From Squalus acanthias (lineage: Eukaryota), in NCBI GenBank assembly GCA_030390025.1, contig CM059439.1, positions 35,960,001-36,024,000 on the forward strand: a stretch of 64,000 nt of DNA, in the 5' to 3' direction. This document shows positions 11,629 to 24,462 of the stretch, piece by piece. The position numbers and the translations under genes were made by a program. The notes beneath the pieces were generated by a model that ran no database searches, had not been told where the DNA came from, and saw nothing but the letters and a program-made list of their open reading frames with translations. The number at the start of each line of letters is the position of its first letter. Position 1 is the first letter of the stretch.

Positions 11629-14600
11629 TACCAAAAATCATCTTTATGGTCCAAGTCAAGTTACTAATTAACCTAGTGCCAATTAACAGGAAATTTTGCA
11701 TTGTAGTCCTCTGTCCTTCAGGTACTAGGTATCAACCAACAAAACTCATTTGACTTAGGACTTTTGCAGACAGCAGAGGGGCAGTGCTTATTTGAACAGT
11801 TTGCACCAGATTCAAACCAAGATCCCAGAAGTGAAAGGGTGAAATATTGCTACATAACCTACTGCTCCTCTTAGTTTCATCCCCTTTGGTTTTTAATTAA
11901 AGATTTATTTTATGCTCAAAGCTAGTTCTGGGAAATACACTTGAGAAGCACAATCTGTGGATGAAGGGGCCCTGGTCTTTAGACCATAACCCTACAAACC
12001 AAAACAAAACAATGGCACAAATTGAAGAATTTCCCCTGTCGAGTCTGGAAAAGCAAAACTCCCAAGGCAATTTCAATCGCATGCAGGTTTTTATTTAATG
12101 CATTTTGTTGTTAAGAAATTGAATGCACTTCATAAACCACGTGTTCTGCAGCAATGAATCTCCTTTACTGAAGGATGCTGGATGTTTCCAGTAGAAAAGA
12201 TGATTCGAAAGGAAGGGTTTGATATTACTTCGTACAGCTCCACTCCCATTCCTAGTGATTATTACAGGAGAAATTTCATCAAGCTAGAACTTTAATCCCA
12301 ATCAGGACCGATTCACTAGGATATTACAGTTTAAGAATTTTCATTACAAGCTTTGTTTATAAATAGATTCAAGATGTCTTGTAACAGATTCTCCCTACAC
12401 TAAGTTGTCAGGCGAGAGGTTTCTTTTTGCTCAAAGGAAACATCAGAATGCAATCTGGAATGAGATGCAGTGGTTACAAGCATCCCACTTCACATTCCCT
12501 CCTTCTCCTCCCCCTCCCCAACAGCCAGAAATTAGAGCTGCAAAGTCATGGAAGAGGTTGGTCTGTCCTTCCACTGAAAACAGGATGCACGGAGAGGTCA
12601 GATCGTGCAGGGGGTGGTGGGGGGAGGAGGGAAGTGAGAAAAGGGTAGGCGGGAAAAACCAAAATCACAACCCCAAAAATATAGATTAAGAGGTATAACA
12701 TATTTAAGCCCTTAGATTAAGATAGTTTCAAATTTTGTTTAATTGATGGCTATGTAAGCACATGAAAATTTACTTAAATAATAAGTTGACACATTGATCT
12801 GAAAAAAATCAAAGATTAAGTATTGTAGATTGAAACTTAATTCAGCCCTTTCTAATTCATCCCAATTGAACTGTACACAAATTGTATGTGCGTATACAGA
12901 CCAGTCTGCAACCAATTTTATTACCATCTTACTAAACAAAATCTGTCAAATGGCATTTTTAAACGCTCAGGACCTTCGCCCCCGTCCCCCACCCCAATTG
13001 GAAAATCTCCCACTTTCCTCATTATATTTTCATTTTCAGTCTTCCTGCCTTTCTTTAGCTGCAAGGGCAGGACGATCTGGAGAATGATGTCAGCATCAAC
13101 AGACACCAAGTGCAGTTAATGAGGGGCAGGATCATTCTTCCTTTTGACTTCATTTCCTCCCCATCCCCCTCCCCCCCCCCCCCGAGCCTCCAATGAGAGT
13201 GCTCCACATATAGAGATCTTAGTAATGCAGCCATGGAATGCCAGCTGTGGCCGATCTACACCATGGGAACATAACACTCACTGGTAGACTTGGTATGGGT
13301 TGTATTTTTTTCTGATTAACATTTATAACCCATAAAGGACGATTATATCCTAATACACGTGTAGGTTTGGGGGGGGGGGGGGGGGAAATGAAGGAAAGAA
13401 AAAAAACACAAGATGGCAGCCACGGCATCGCTACAAAGAATCAATATTCCTTCAACGTCCCAAATAGGGCTTATTTTGCACAATGTTTGATGTTAAACAT
13501 TTCTTAAACATTTGACCAAATTACCCAGCCTTAGTATTAAAAAAAAAGGCTCTCTCTCAGAAAAGGGTAAAGTATAACGTACCCATTTAAAAAAGCCAAC
13601 TTCTGAATATTAGCAGAAACACTTCTTAAAAGTCTCTCAGAATGCTCCGTAGTGCTTCCAATATTTGCATTTGAAACCTTTTCAGAAGTACCTACCCCCC
13701 CCCACCCCCGGTGAATGCAGGAAACATACAATGTTCAATTCCATTCCAGGGTCTGATTCGCTTTACCAGTACAAAAAACATTCAACAACAGAAATAGGAT
13801 TGCTCAAGTACCAAGAAAAGAGCTTTTAGTGAGTGGGCCACAGTTACAGCCGCACCATTGATACATGCTGGATAAGCACCAACACCAGTTTGGGCACAGT
13901 GAAGAATTAAAAAGCTGTTTCCATTTTGGCCATGGTCTACAGTTGAGCAGAGACCCTCACAAAACAAAATGGCAATGTTTCATTTAACTCCAGCTGCCCT
14001 CAAGACCTAGCGATGCCCTTGCTTTTGCCAAGTTCACTGTTAATATATATTGATATATATAGTGCATCAGGTGTCTGCGATATTAAAACCGCTACATACT
14101 TTAAAAATCAATTGCATCTGGATGGCTAGAAAAAAAAAATCCTAACTATTAACATGTTCTCTAAATCCCTAATTGTCTGGAAACAGAATTAGAAGTGCAC
14201 AGAACGTACCCTGGCCCTCTCAAAATGCTGGGCCTAATTTTCACATGAATTACATTTTTCATAGAGAGACCATTACTTTTTATATGTATAGAACAAAAAA
14301 CAACATAAAATTTTCAGCATTTGCATTGGTGCATAAATGGAGCAATGGCTTGGGGAGTGGGAGAAGGGAGGAAAAGAAAAGGGAGGGTGGAGTGGGCCAT
14401 GTTCTGGTCTACTAGAGAAAACAAAGAGAAGTAACTGGTGCTAGGCCTTGTAGAGTTATGGCAGGAGAGAGAAAAAAAGACAAAGATCACACTTTGTATG
14501 CTTGCAAAAATATTATGAATGACCTCTTAACATTCCAGATCTGAAAAAAAGGTATTTAAAACAAAATCAGATTCAAGAAAGTGAGACTAGTACTGCAGAA

Positions 14601-16096
14601 AATTAGCTGCCATCTTTTTATTTTATTTTTTTAAAAAAAGGTCTGTAAAATGTTCTTTTATTTGAATTGCACATATCCAAACAAAATGCCCAGTGCATCA
14701 TGGGACCCTTGTTTCCTGGACGAACCATATTCTCAAAACATGACATACCAGGGAGCATGCTCAGTGGATTTAGAAAGTAGTCTCTTACAGCATTTAAAAT
14801 TAAACTGTTCACAGAACCTTCAAAGACCTCGCCCCAACTCCTCAAAAATACTGGAGTATAATACAAGTCATATTGAATAGATTTGATTCTAAAAATATGA
14901 AATGCAGACCAATTGGGCTTGTGTTTTCCACTGAGATAGGAATAGGTACCACCCACCAATTCATCCCCCACTTCCCCATACCCCCTTTAAGCTACAGGAT
15001 CTTTCTTTGCCATCCAGAAGCATCGCAAATTGCACTTTCCTGTCTACGAGCAATGAAACAAAAGTATTTTGTTTGTTTCCCCCCCCCACCCCCACCCCCT
15101 CCAAAGTCTAATTCTAAGCACCTTTAAAGTACTTGCCTCCTTACGGCTAAATTTTGAAGCTCACCTTCTGGGTTAAATATGACCGGTCAAAGTAAAATTG
15201 CAAAATTTCGGGGTTATGTTAATAACATTATGCATTAGTGTTTTTATTTTTTTTTTAAAAACACTTTAAAATTTTGGTGTAAATATGTGCGGCTGCAGAC
15301 ATCTGACTGAACATTAAGTGCTAAAACCAACATCAAAAGATGCCCTGGTCTTTTCATTTTGGTTATTTTTTTTGTGAAGAGCTCTAGAGTCACAGAAGCC
15401 GTAAAATGTTCTTTATTTGTATTTCTTTTTTTAACTTGTACTCCAGTACATTAAAAAGCGACCCTTTGTGCAACGTTTTTTTCAAATTTTGCCAGTTTTA
15501 AATTTTTTTTTTTTTTTTTGTCAGAAGCTCTCCTGAATGCCTTTGGTCTTCTTCCACACCGAGCTCAGTGTCCTCCAACGAGTGAAAGAAATCAGATAAT
15601 CTGGTCGAGTCTAGTTCAAGAACAATATGTCGACTAAACTAAAAATGCAAAGAAGTCTTCTTCGTACACTGGGTGCTCTTGTCAGAGTTGCGCTAGATGT
15701 TGTAGAGATCTGAAGTTAAGACTAACAGAGTTCTCACTGGCTGTTCCATGAAAAAGAACATCTGAAAGTTGGAGATTTTTAAACTCTCAAGATGAATAGC
15801 CCAGAGCCATCAGCACCAGACTGTTTGGACTAAAGTTTCAGCTCCACACGAATGACACCAAAACAAAAACCAAAAGAAAAAAAAAAGAGATACATTTCCA
15901 GTTTTTTTTGTGTTTCTCTCTGACTGAAATAAAAGCAAAAAAACAGAAAGTCACAGTTGGAGTTTAGGTAGCACCAGGTCACCTGAACTCTTGAGTACGC
16001 CACTGTCCTGATTCACATTCTGTACTCACTGTGCAAAAGCAGCCAAGTACAATGCCCTCAGTGTTCTGTAATCTGTCACGGCCGACTCTTAAACAT

Positions 16097-16295
16097 TCAT
16101 CTGCGCAGAGAGGGCATCTGGCTGTAGACGGGGTAGGCCAGTCTGACATTCAGAGAGTCATTGTGCTGGACCAGTGAAGTTTGGTGGTAATGCAGCACCA
16201 GGTCTTTAAGCGTGCTATACAAGTTGTACGGTTCGGCAAATCCATAACCCCTTGGCGTGCTGTAAATCACGCAGTGCTTCACTTCTCCATCAGCG
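16097..16295 (-). CDS. PIK3R3: PIK3R3 coding exon 10 (end of cSH2, stop codon)
   Basis: [65 protein letters not shown]; 199 nt. The ten exons sum to 1389 nt = 462 aa + stop. Confidence 0.97.
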
Positions 16296-18624
16296 CTGCA
16301 AGGGGAGATGCAAGAAGTTGTTAGCATGAGATAAAATCCTATGACGGCATATATTAGGCAAGCAGCTTGTTCCATTGATTTAAGGACAAAGAGTTTACTT
16401 CAAGCCAGTTAGAGCGGTTAAAATGTAACATTTCAGGCTTTTTTGGAAATTTGTAACAGTAGAAGTAAATTTAGTTACTAGATATCTCAAATATTGCAAT
16501 TAGCTAAACATTCTGAATCCTGTAATCACTGTAGAAGGAAACTCACTGGTACAGAAATCTATGTTTATGCTTCTACATTTGTCATCTCCCCCCCAGCTTT
16601 ATAAGATTATCTCCCCCCTGCTCCATTCCCATGGCTGACAGGTGATTTATTCAGAAGGCCGACACTGCTCCATAACTAGGAGATGCCCAGTGCGGGGTGA
16701 GGACAATTTACACCCTGACTTTCTCACCAACTACTCCTTCCCAATTCCTTTCCTGCCCAGTACACAGCCAAGATCAGACACTCATAGCACCATGAATCAG
16801 GGTCCCACTTAGCTGAAAATATTAAGTTAATTTAAAAATGTGGCCTCATCAGCTTGCACATATACTCTCTAATTCTGTGTCGAACTTGAGGAATCAGAAC
16901 AAAAAGTCACTTGCTGATTCCCATCCAAGTATTTAAAAACTTGGATCATACCCCTTTCTTACTTTTAATAAGACTAGATTTAGCTTCCTTAGTGTGTCTT
17001 TATAGATCAAGCGATCGATAACTTGGAATCATTTTTGTTGTCCGATTCAGTGCCACAAACAAGTACAGCGACCACCAATACTGCACAAAAAATTACAAGC
17101 TAGTGGTCTCACTTATAAACATAGTCTTGCTTCCCTTGCAACTGCTTCCAAACATTGACACTTCTTTTGGTCAATTTTTACACCAAGATGTTTCTCTCGA
17201 CCTAAATGGTTTAGAAAAATGGGACTTTTAATTGTACAAAGTATATAGAGATCCCAAACAAAATGTAATATTTCTTAGGAAACTAATACTTGCATCATGA
17301 TTTGCCTGTACTTGAATATTTAGCAAAGCTGACTGCAATTTAAATCCAGCTGTTTTCCACCACTATGTCTCCTTCATGTGGTAGCTTATTTTGGACAGCC
17401 TCTGAATTAAGAAAAAAATCTCCCATATAAGCTTATGCCCATTTGTTATGTTGGCAACTATAAATAGAAGTTTATCCATGCAGCTGGTCAAAGTGCCACC
17501 AAGGTCTCTACTCCCAGAAGAAAGACTGCTTTAATTCTTTGAGGCGGTGAGAATTTGGATTTTTACTGTAGTTTATTGTGAATGCAGCAGAAAGGCATTC
17601 TTTTTCAACACAATCATCCCTTCTGAAGCATATCGAACTGTTCAGTCTGTCCCACAGAGTACTGGTCATGTGCCAGGCCTTGTAGACAAAGAGCCTTCAA
17701 TGTATCCCTTGGTACCAGCTCTGAAATGCTAGCTTCCCATAGGATGAGCCCTGCCCTAGGTCTGGCCCCAAGCTGTGGAAATTGGATGAGTGAAAATAAA
17801 ATTAGAAAAATGTCTGGCAGAGGGAAAAGGGACTTCTAGGAACAATAGGGAATGGGAAATCACATTACTACGTCTACAACATTTTTAAGACGCCCATCTT
17901 GCACACAAGCTTTGTATACAACACATCTCACCTAGAAAAGAAAAATGCTAATGATAGGATCTGACTCCAGTGTATTCCCTCATGTCTTTTGATGAATGCT
18001 CATATCCCATCTTGCCTCAACTGACAGCTCATACCCGGTTTTGTGGTATCTCCTCCGCACCACCACCACCCCAACTGATAAGTTTATTCGGATCTCATTC
18101 TGCGTTCTACCCACTGACCAATCCTGTTTTCAGTGACAACGCAGCTCCCCCTCCTCAGCCGACAGCTTATACCCAATCCTGCGCTGTGTTGCCTCACTTA
18201 CTTCTTCCTCTAATGCCTCTCCATCAGCTACACTAGCCAGCTGAAAGTGACAATAAATCAGGGTAATGTAGGAAGATTATTGGCATGGGAATGGAGAGGA
18301 AAGGGGAATCAAAAGGACTCCAATAAAGGATGAGATACCAAAGGAAGTGCTTCAATAATAAGACTGACCACAACTGCATCTGCTGCAATGTGAAATTTTG
18401 CAACATATTTTCAATTCATTTTTAAAATTTACATTGTATATGACCAATGGCATAAGTTCCTAATAAATTCCTATATAAAACTTCCTTCAAACAGCAGCAG
18501 TGCCATGTATACAATTTTTAATTAAGGCTAATGATAGAAAAAAGTGACCCAACATGACGACATCACCAATGGGATTTTCTTGATTTACAAATATGCCTCC
18601 TTAAAAAAAAAACAAGTTACTTAC

Positions 18625-18795
18625 ACCACAGAGCAGGCGTAGCAGCCCTTTTTACTGCTTTCCCTGATTAGGAAGGCACCATCTGATTTTCCTCTAAGCA
18701 AATCTTCAGCTTGTGTTCGATTAATAGCTCCCACAAACCAGGTCTTCTCATCGTAGTGAGGAAGGTTTTCATCTTCTTCAGTCATGAAATATGTG
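18625..18795 (-). CDS. PIK3R3: PIK3R3 coding exon 9 (cSH2, FLIRES motif)
   Basis: [56 protein letters not shown](V); 171 nt; AG/GT flanks. Confidence 0.97.
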
Positions 18796-19577
18796 CTGAG
18801 GTGAAATTGTTTATAACAAGAATTACTCTATTGAGCCTTGCACAGTGCTAACTATACCCCCAATGTTTGTTACCTTGTTCCAGGATTCCAATTCTACGAT
18901 TAACCCATTAATTATACTAAACTGAGATAGCAATGTTGTAGCTCTGATGTTTATGTCAGTTACTTTAATGTCTAAAAACTAAACCTTTTAAAAAAGATAG
19001 CATATCCAATTCATAAAAGTTGTTTATACAAGGTTATTGCAAACAGTATCAAATGCCCCCCTTCTGCTTTATAGCACCAATCAACTTGGTATAATGGTAC
19101 ACATATCAAGAACTGAGCCTGGCTGTCCTCAAAACTGAGTAAAAGCCAATGTAAACCAGGGAAACCCAATTATGAGGCCTACATTTGGCTCAATCACTGG
19201 GAAACTGAAGGGGTGAAAGTGTATCTGTCTACTTGCCCTCAGTGCTAAATCGGACTATGGGCCCGTCCATTCAAATCAATTAAGTTGACATTCCCGTTAA
19301 GTACTACAGAAGGGACCCAATCTATCTAAATTGGACACCGTCAATAACTGCATAATTGATGTTCTGCCATTAGATATCACTAACACACTCGGTAAAAGTT
19401 CTTTACTATGTTCTGTAAATGTGACCTGAAGAAGCTGCACCAATTCTTTGAACCCATTTTTGGGACATCTGAAAACTAGATACAGGCTTCTAGATTTCTT
19501 GAAGTCACCTATAGGAACAGATACATTTTTTTTTATTCTTGCCCTTCCCTAAACAAAAAGTGTCAAAATAAAAACAG

Positions 19578-20080
19578 AGGTGCTGTTCCTCAAGCTTCGA
19601 AGAACAGCACCTTCTCTTTCGATTAGGCACTTTACAGCCTTCTGGACTCAACAGAGTTCAACAATTTCAGACCATAACCTCTACCCCTATCTTTTTTTTC
19701 CCATTTATTTTTTTTCTCTCACATGGTAGCTGTCTTTCATTCTGCCAGTGCCATTTACACTTCATCTAGAGCCATCTTTTGTTTCTTAACTTGTCCCATT
19801 ACCATCTCCTTTTGCCTTGCACCATCATCCCTTTTGTCTCTTAATCTCTCCTGCCTTCCATCTTATCACAGACCTTCCCTTTTGTTCTTTCCTCCCCTCC
19901 CCCAATTCCCTGCTTAAAAACCTGTTCCATCTCCAGTTTTTTCCAGTTCTGACAAAAGGTGATCGACCTGAAACAGTAACTGTTTCTCTCTCCACAGATG
20001 CTGCCTGATCTGCTGAGTATTTCCAGCATTTCCTGTTTTTATTTCAGATTTCCAGCATCCGCAGTATTTTGCTTTTGTAT
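19578..20080 (+). mobile_element. Penelope-like retroelement 3' fragment (GIY-YIG C-terminus plus terminal repeat)
   Basis: EEQHLLFRLGTLQPSGLN is the typical end of the Penelope GIY-YIG endonuclease. It is followed by a pyrimidine-rich UTR and a hammerhead-like CTGACAA-AAGGT-gatcg-ACCT-GAAA motif at about 19949-19973. Confidence 0.85.
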
Positions 20081-21489
20081 AAGAACATAAGAAATAGGAG
20101 CAGGAGTAGGTCATTTGGCCCCTCGAGCCTGCTCCGCCATTCAATAAGATCATGGCTGATCCTCTACCTCATCTCCACTTTCCTGCACTATCCCCATATC
20201 CCTTGATTCCCTTAATATTCAAAAATCTATCGACCTCAGTCTTGAATATACTCAACAACTGAGCCTCCACAGCTCTCTGGGGTAGAGAATTCCAAAGATT
20301 AACCACCCTCTGAGTGAAGAAATTTCTCCTCATCTCAGTCCTAATTGGCCGACCCCTTATTCGGAGACTGTGACCGCTGGTTCTAGACTCCCCAGCCAGG
20401 GGAAACATCCTCCCTGCATCTACCCTGTCAAGCCCTGTAAGAATTTTGTATGTTTCAATGAGATCACCTCTTATTCTTCTAAACTCTAGAGAATATAGGA
20501 CTAGTCTACTCAATCTCTCCTCATAGGACAATCCCCCCATCCCAGGAATCAGTCTGGTGAACCTTCGTTGCACTCCCTCTATGGCAAGTACATCCTTTCT
20601 TAGGCAAGGAGACCAAAACTGTACACAATACTCCAGGTGTGTACCAGTGCCCTATATAATTGCAGTAGGACATCTTTACTCTTGTACTCAAATTCTTTTG
20701 TAATAAAGGCCAACATACCATTTGCTTTCCTAATTGCTTGCTGTACCTGCATGTTGACTTTGAGTGATTCCTGTACAAGGACACCCAGGTCCCTCTGAAC
20801 ACCAACATTTCCCAATCTCTCACCATTTAAAAAATACTCTGCTTTTCTATTTTTCCTACCAAAGTGGATAACTCCACATTATATTCCATTTGTCATGTTC
20901 TTGCCCACTCACTTAGCTTGACTATATCCCCTTGAAGCCTCCTTGCATCCTCCTCACAACTTACATTCCCACTCAGCTTTGTATCATCAGCAAACTTGGA
21001 TATATTATATTTGGTCCCCTCATCCAAATCATTGATATAGATTGTGAATAGCTGAAATCCAAGCACTGATCCTTGCGGTACCCCACTAGTTACAGCCTGC
21101 CAACCCGAAAATGACCCGTTTATTCCTACTCTGTTTTCTGTCCGTTAACCAATCCTCAATCCATGCTAGTATATTACTCCCAATCACACTAATAACCTCT
21201 TGTGTGGCACCTTATCGAATGCCTTCTGAAAATCCAAATACACCACATCCACTGGTTCCCCCTCATCTATTCTGATAGTTACAGCCTCAAAAAATTCTAA
21301 CATTCGTCAAAGACGATTTCCCTTTCATAAATCTGTGTTGACTCTGCCCAATCATATTTTCTAAATGCCCTGTTACCACATCCTTAATAATAGATTCTAA
21401 CATTTGCGCTACTACTGATGTCAGGTTAACTGGTCTGCAGTTCCCTGTTTTCTCTCTCCCTCCTTTCTTAAATAGTGGGTTTACATTTG
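20081..21489 (-). mobile_element. CR1 LINE, 5'-truncated, in intron 8
   Basis: ORF fragments QRRFTRLIPGMGGLSYEERLSRL...RRNFFTQRVVNLWNSLP and QRDLGVLVQESLKV; RT remnants; TTCTTATG-type tail. Confidence 0.95.
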
Positions 21490-21506
21490 AGACAATTAGA
21501 ACTCAC

Positions 21507-21581
21507 TCATCTGCATTTTCATTTTTGATTCCAAGCCAGTCATTTATTCGCTTTTGACGCACTCCTTTGTGATTGAGCCAT
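21507..21581 (-). CDS. PIK3R3: PIK3R3 coding exon 8
   Basis: WLNHKGVRQKRINDWLGIKNENAD(D); 75 nt; preceded by a 123-nt intron; GTGAGT donor. Confidence 0.96.
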
Positions 21582-21704
21582 CTGCAAGATGAAGAGAGGG
21601 AAACCATAAAGTTTTAATCATTATTGTTATACTGTCAACTTTCAGCATGTTTTGCCCCTCAGGGAGAAAAGTAAATCCAACATCATTTATCTGTTTCTAC
21701 TTAC

Positions 21705-21881
21705 ACAAGGTACTGATCCCTGATCTTTCGCAGTTGAATTAGGTCAGGCTTGATGCTGTTCATTTTCTTGTCAATCTCGCGGTTATCAGATGCTTGTTTC
21801 TTCAGATCTTGTTCCAGGCGCATCTTGCTGTCATGGATCTCTCCAAGACGAGACTTGAGTTTTTCATAGTTCATCATTATC
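21705..21881 (-). CDS. PIK3R3: PIK3R3 coding exon 7 (iSH2)
   Basis: [58 protein letters not shown](V); 177 nt; GTAAG donor. Confidence 0.97.
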
Positions 21882-22099
21882 CTACCACACAAGAAAAGGT
21901 TTGTTTGAATTGTTGGGAACTAATGCATATTAGGATGCTATGTAGATGGCACAAACAGTTTACATTTACTCATTTTCAGTCAAAATGTACAAGTTACATT
22001 ATTATTTGCCCTCTTTCTCCTTTCTATATTCATAGCTGATCACCTTTATTGTACCTTCTAACCTGAAGTGCAGGCAATTAGACTTTCCCCTTTGCATAC

Positions 22100-22392
22100 C
22101 AGTCCAGAACCAGGGGTCACAGTCTAAGGATAAGGGGTAAGCCATTTAGGACTGAGATGAGGAGGAATTTCTTCACCCAGAGAGTGGTGAACCTGTGGAA
22201 TTCTCTACCACAGAAGGCAGTTGAGGCCAAATCATCAAATATATTCAAGAAGGAGTTAGATATATTTCTTAAGGCTAAAGGGAGAAAGCAGGGACAGGGT
22301 ACTGAATTTGGATGATTAGCCATGATCTCATTGAATGGCAGAGCAGGCTTGAAGGGCCGAATGGCCTACTCCTGCTCCTATCTTCTATGTTT
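22100..22392 (+). mobile_element. CR1 LINE 3' end
   Basis: TRGHSLRIRGKPFRTEMRRNFFTQRVVNLWNSL plus a GGGCCGAATGGCCTACTCCTGCTCCTAT tail. Confidence 0.9.
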
Positions 22393-22544
22393 ACTAGTAA
22401 TAATCTGATCAGCCAGCAGGTTTACAGAGGTATGTTTTATGAAAATTAAATCATCCCATTTATCCAAGTCTCCATTAAGCAAAACCCATCAATATGGAGA
22501 AAATTCTTATGAGGCGATAAGCCATAACCATATTCTGATTATAA

Positions 22545-23410
22545 TCAAAATATGTGGATGACACTAAATTGGGGGTATAGTTAATACTGAGGAAGACTGC
22601 GACAAGACATTAACAGACTTGCAGAATGGGCGTGTCAATGACAAATTAATTTTAATATAAGTGTGAGGTGATGCATTTTGGTAGGAGGAAGTTACTTAAT
22701 CCTTGGAAAAGAGTCTAAATGGGGTAGAGTAGTAAATGGATCTAGGGGTACAGATTCAAAAAAATAAAAATAAAAGTAGCAACACAGGTTAAGAAAAACC
22801 ATAAAAAGTGCAAACAAAGCACTGGGGTTCATTTCTAGAGGAATAGAATTCAAAACTAGAGAAGTTATATAAAACTTATATAGAATCTTAGTTATACCAC
22901 ATTTAAAATACAGTGCACAGTTGTCTTCCATATTACAAAAAGGGTATAGAAGCACTGGAGAAAGTGCAAAATAGATTTACAAAGATGATACCAGAACGGA
23001 GAGGGTACAACGAGCTGGTAAGACTGAACAGACTGGGGCTCTCTTCTCTAGAAAAAAGACCAAGGAGTGACCTGATAGAGGTCTTTAAGATTATGAAAGG
23101 GTTAGACGTAGAGAAGATGTTTCTACTTTAGGGAATCCTAAACTAGGGGCCATAAGTAGAAGATAGTCACTAATAAATCCAATAAAGGAATTCAGCAGAT
23201 ACTTCTTTATTCAGAATGGTGAGAACTTGGAATTCGCTACCACAAGTAGTAGTTGAGACGAATAGCATAGATGCATTTAAGGGGAAGCTAGATAAGTACA
23301 TGGGGGAGAAAGGAATAGAAGGATATGCAGATAGGGTGAAGTAAGGTGGGAGGAGGCAAGTGTGGAGCATAGACCAGTTGGGCCAAACGGCCTTTTTCTG
23401 TGATGTATCC
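22545..23410 (+). mobile_element. Degenerate CR1 LINE 3' part
   Basis: YVDDTKLG remnant, ALEKVQNRFTKMIPE...DLIEVFKIMKG and a 3' tail. Same family as the copy at 57295. Confidence 0.9.
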
Positions 23411-23511
23411 TTTAAATGAAGGTCCTTATTAGGAATAGTATTCTGTGATTGGTTTAAGTGAGAGGGGGGGGGGGGGGGGGGAGGCTCCTTTTATTCATCA
23501 GGCTACTTCAT

Positions 23512-24462
<951 letters not shown>

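Larger units (their letters stand above)
8900..16096 (-). other. PIK3R3: Putative long 3'UTR of PIK3R3 (true end uncertain)
   Basis: U-rich on the mRNA strand, no recognisable LINE fragments, several AATAAA signals (about 15412, 14657, 12090, 8959, 8905) and miRNA seed matches. The extent is inferred. Confidence 0.5.
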
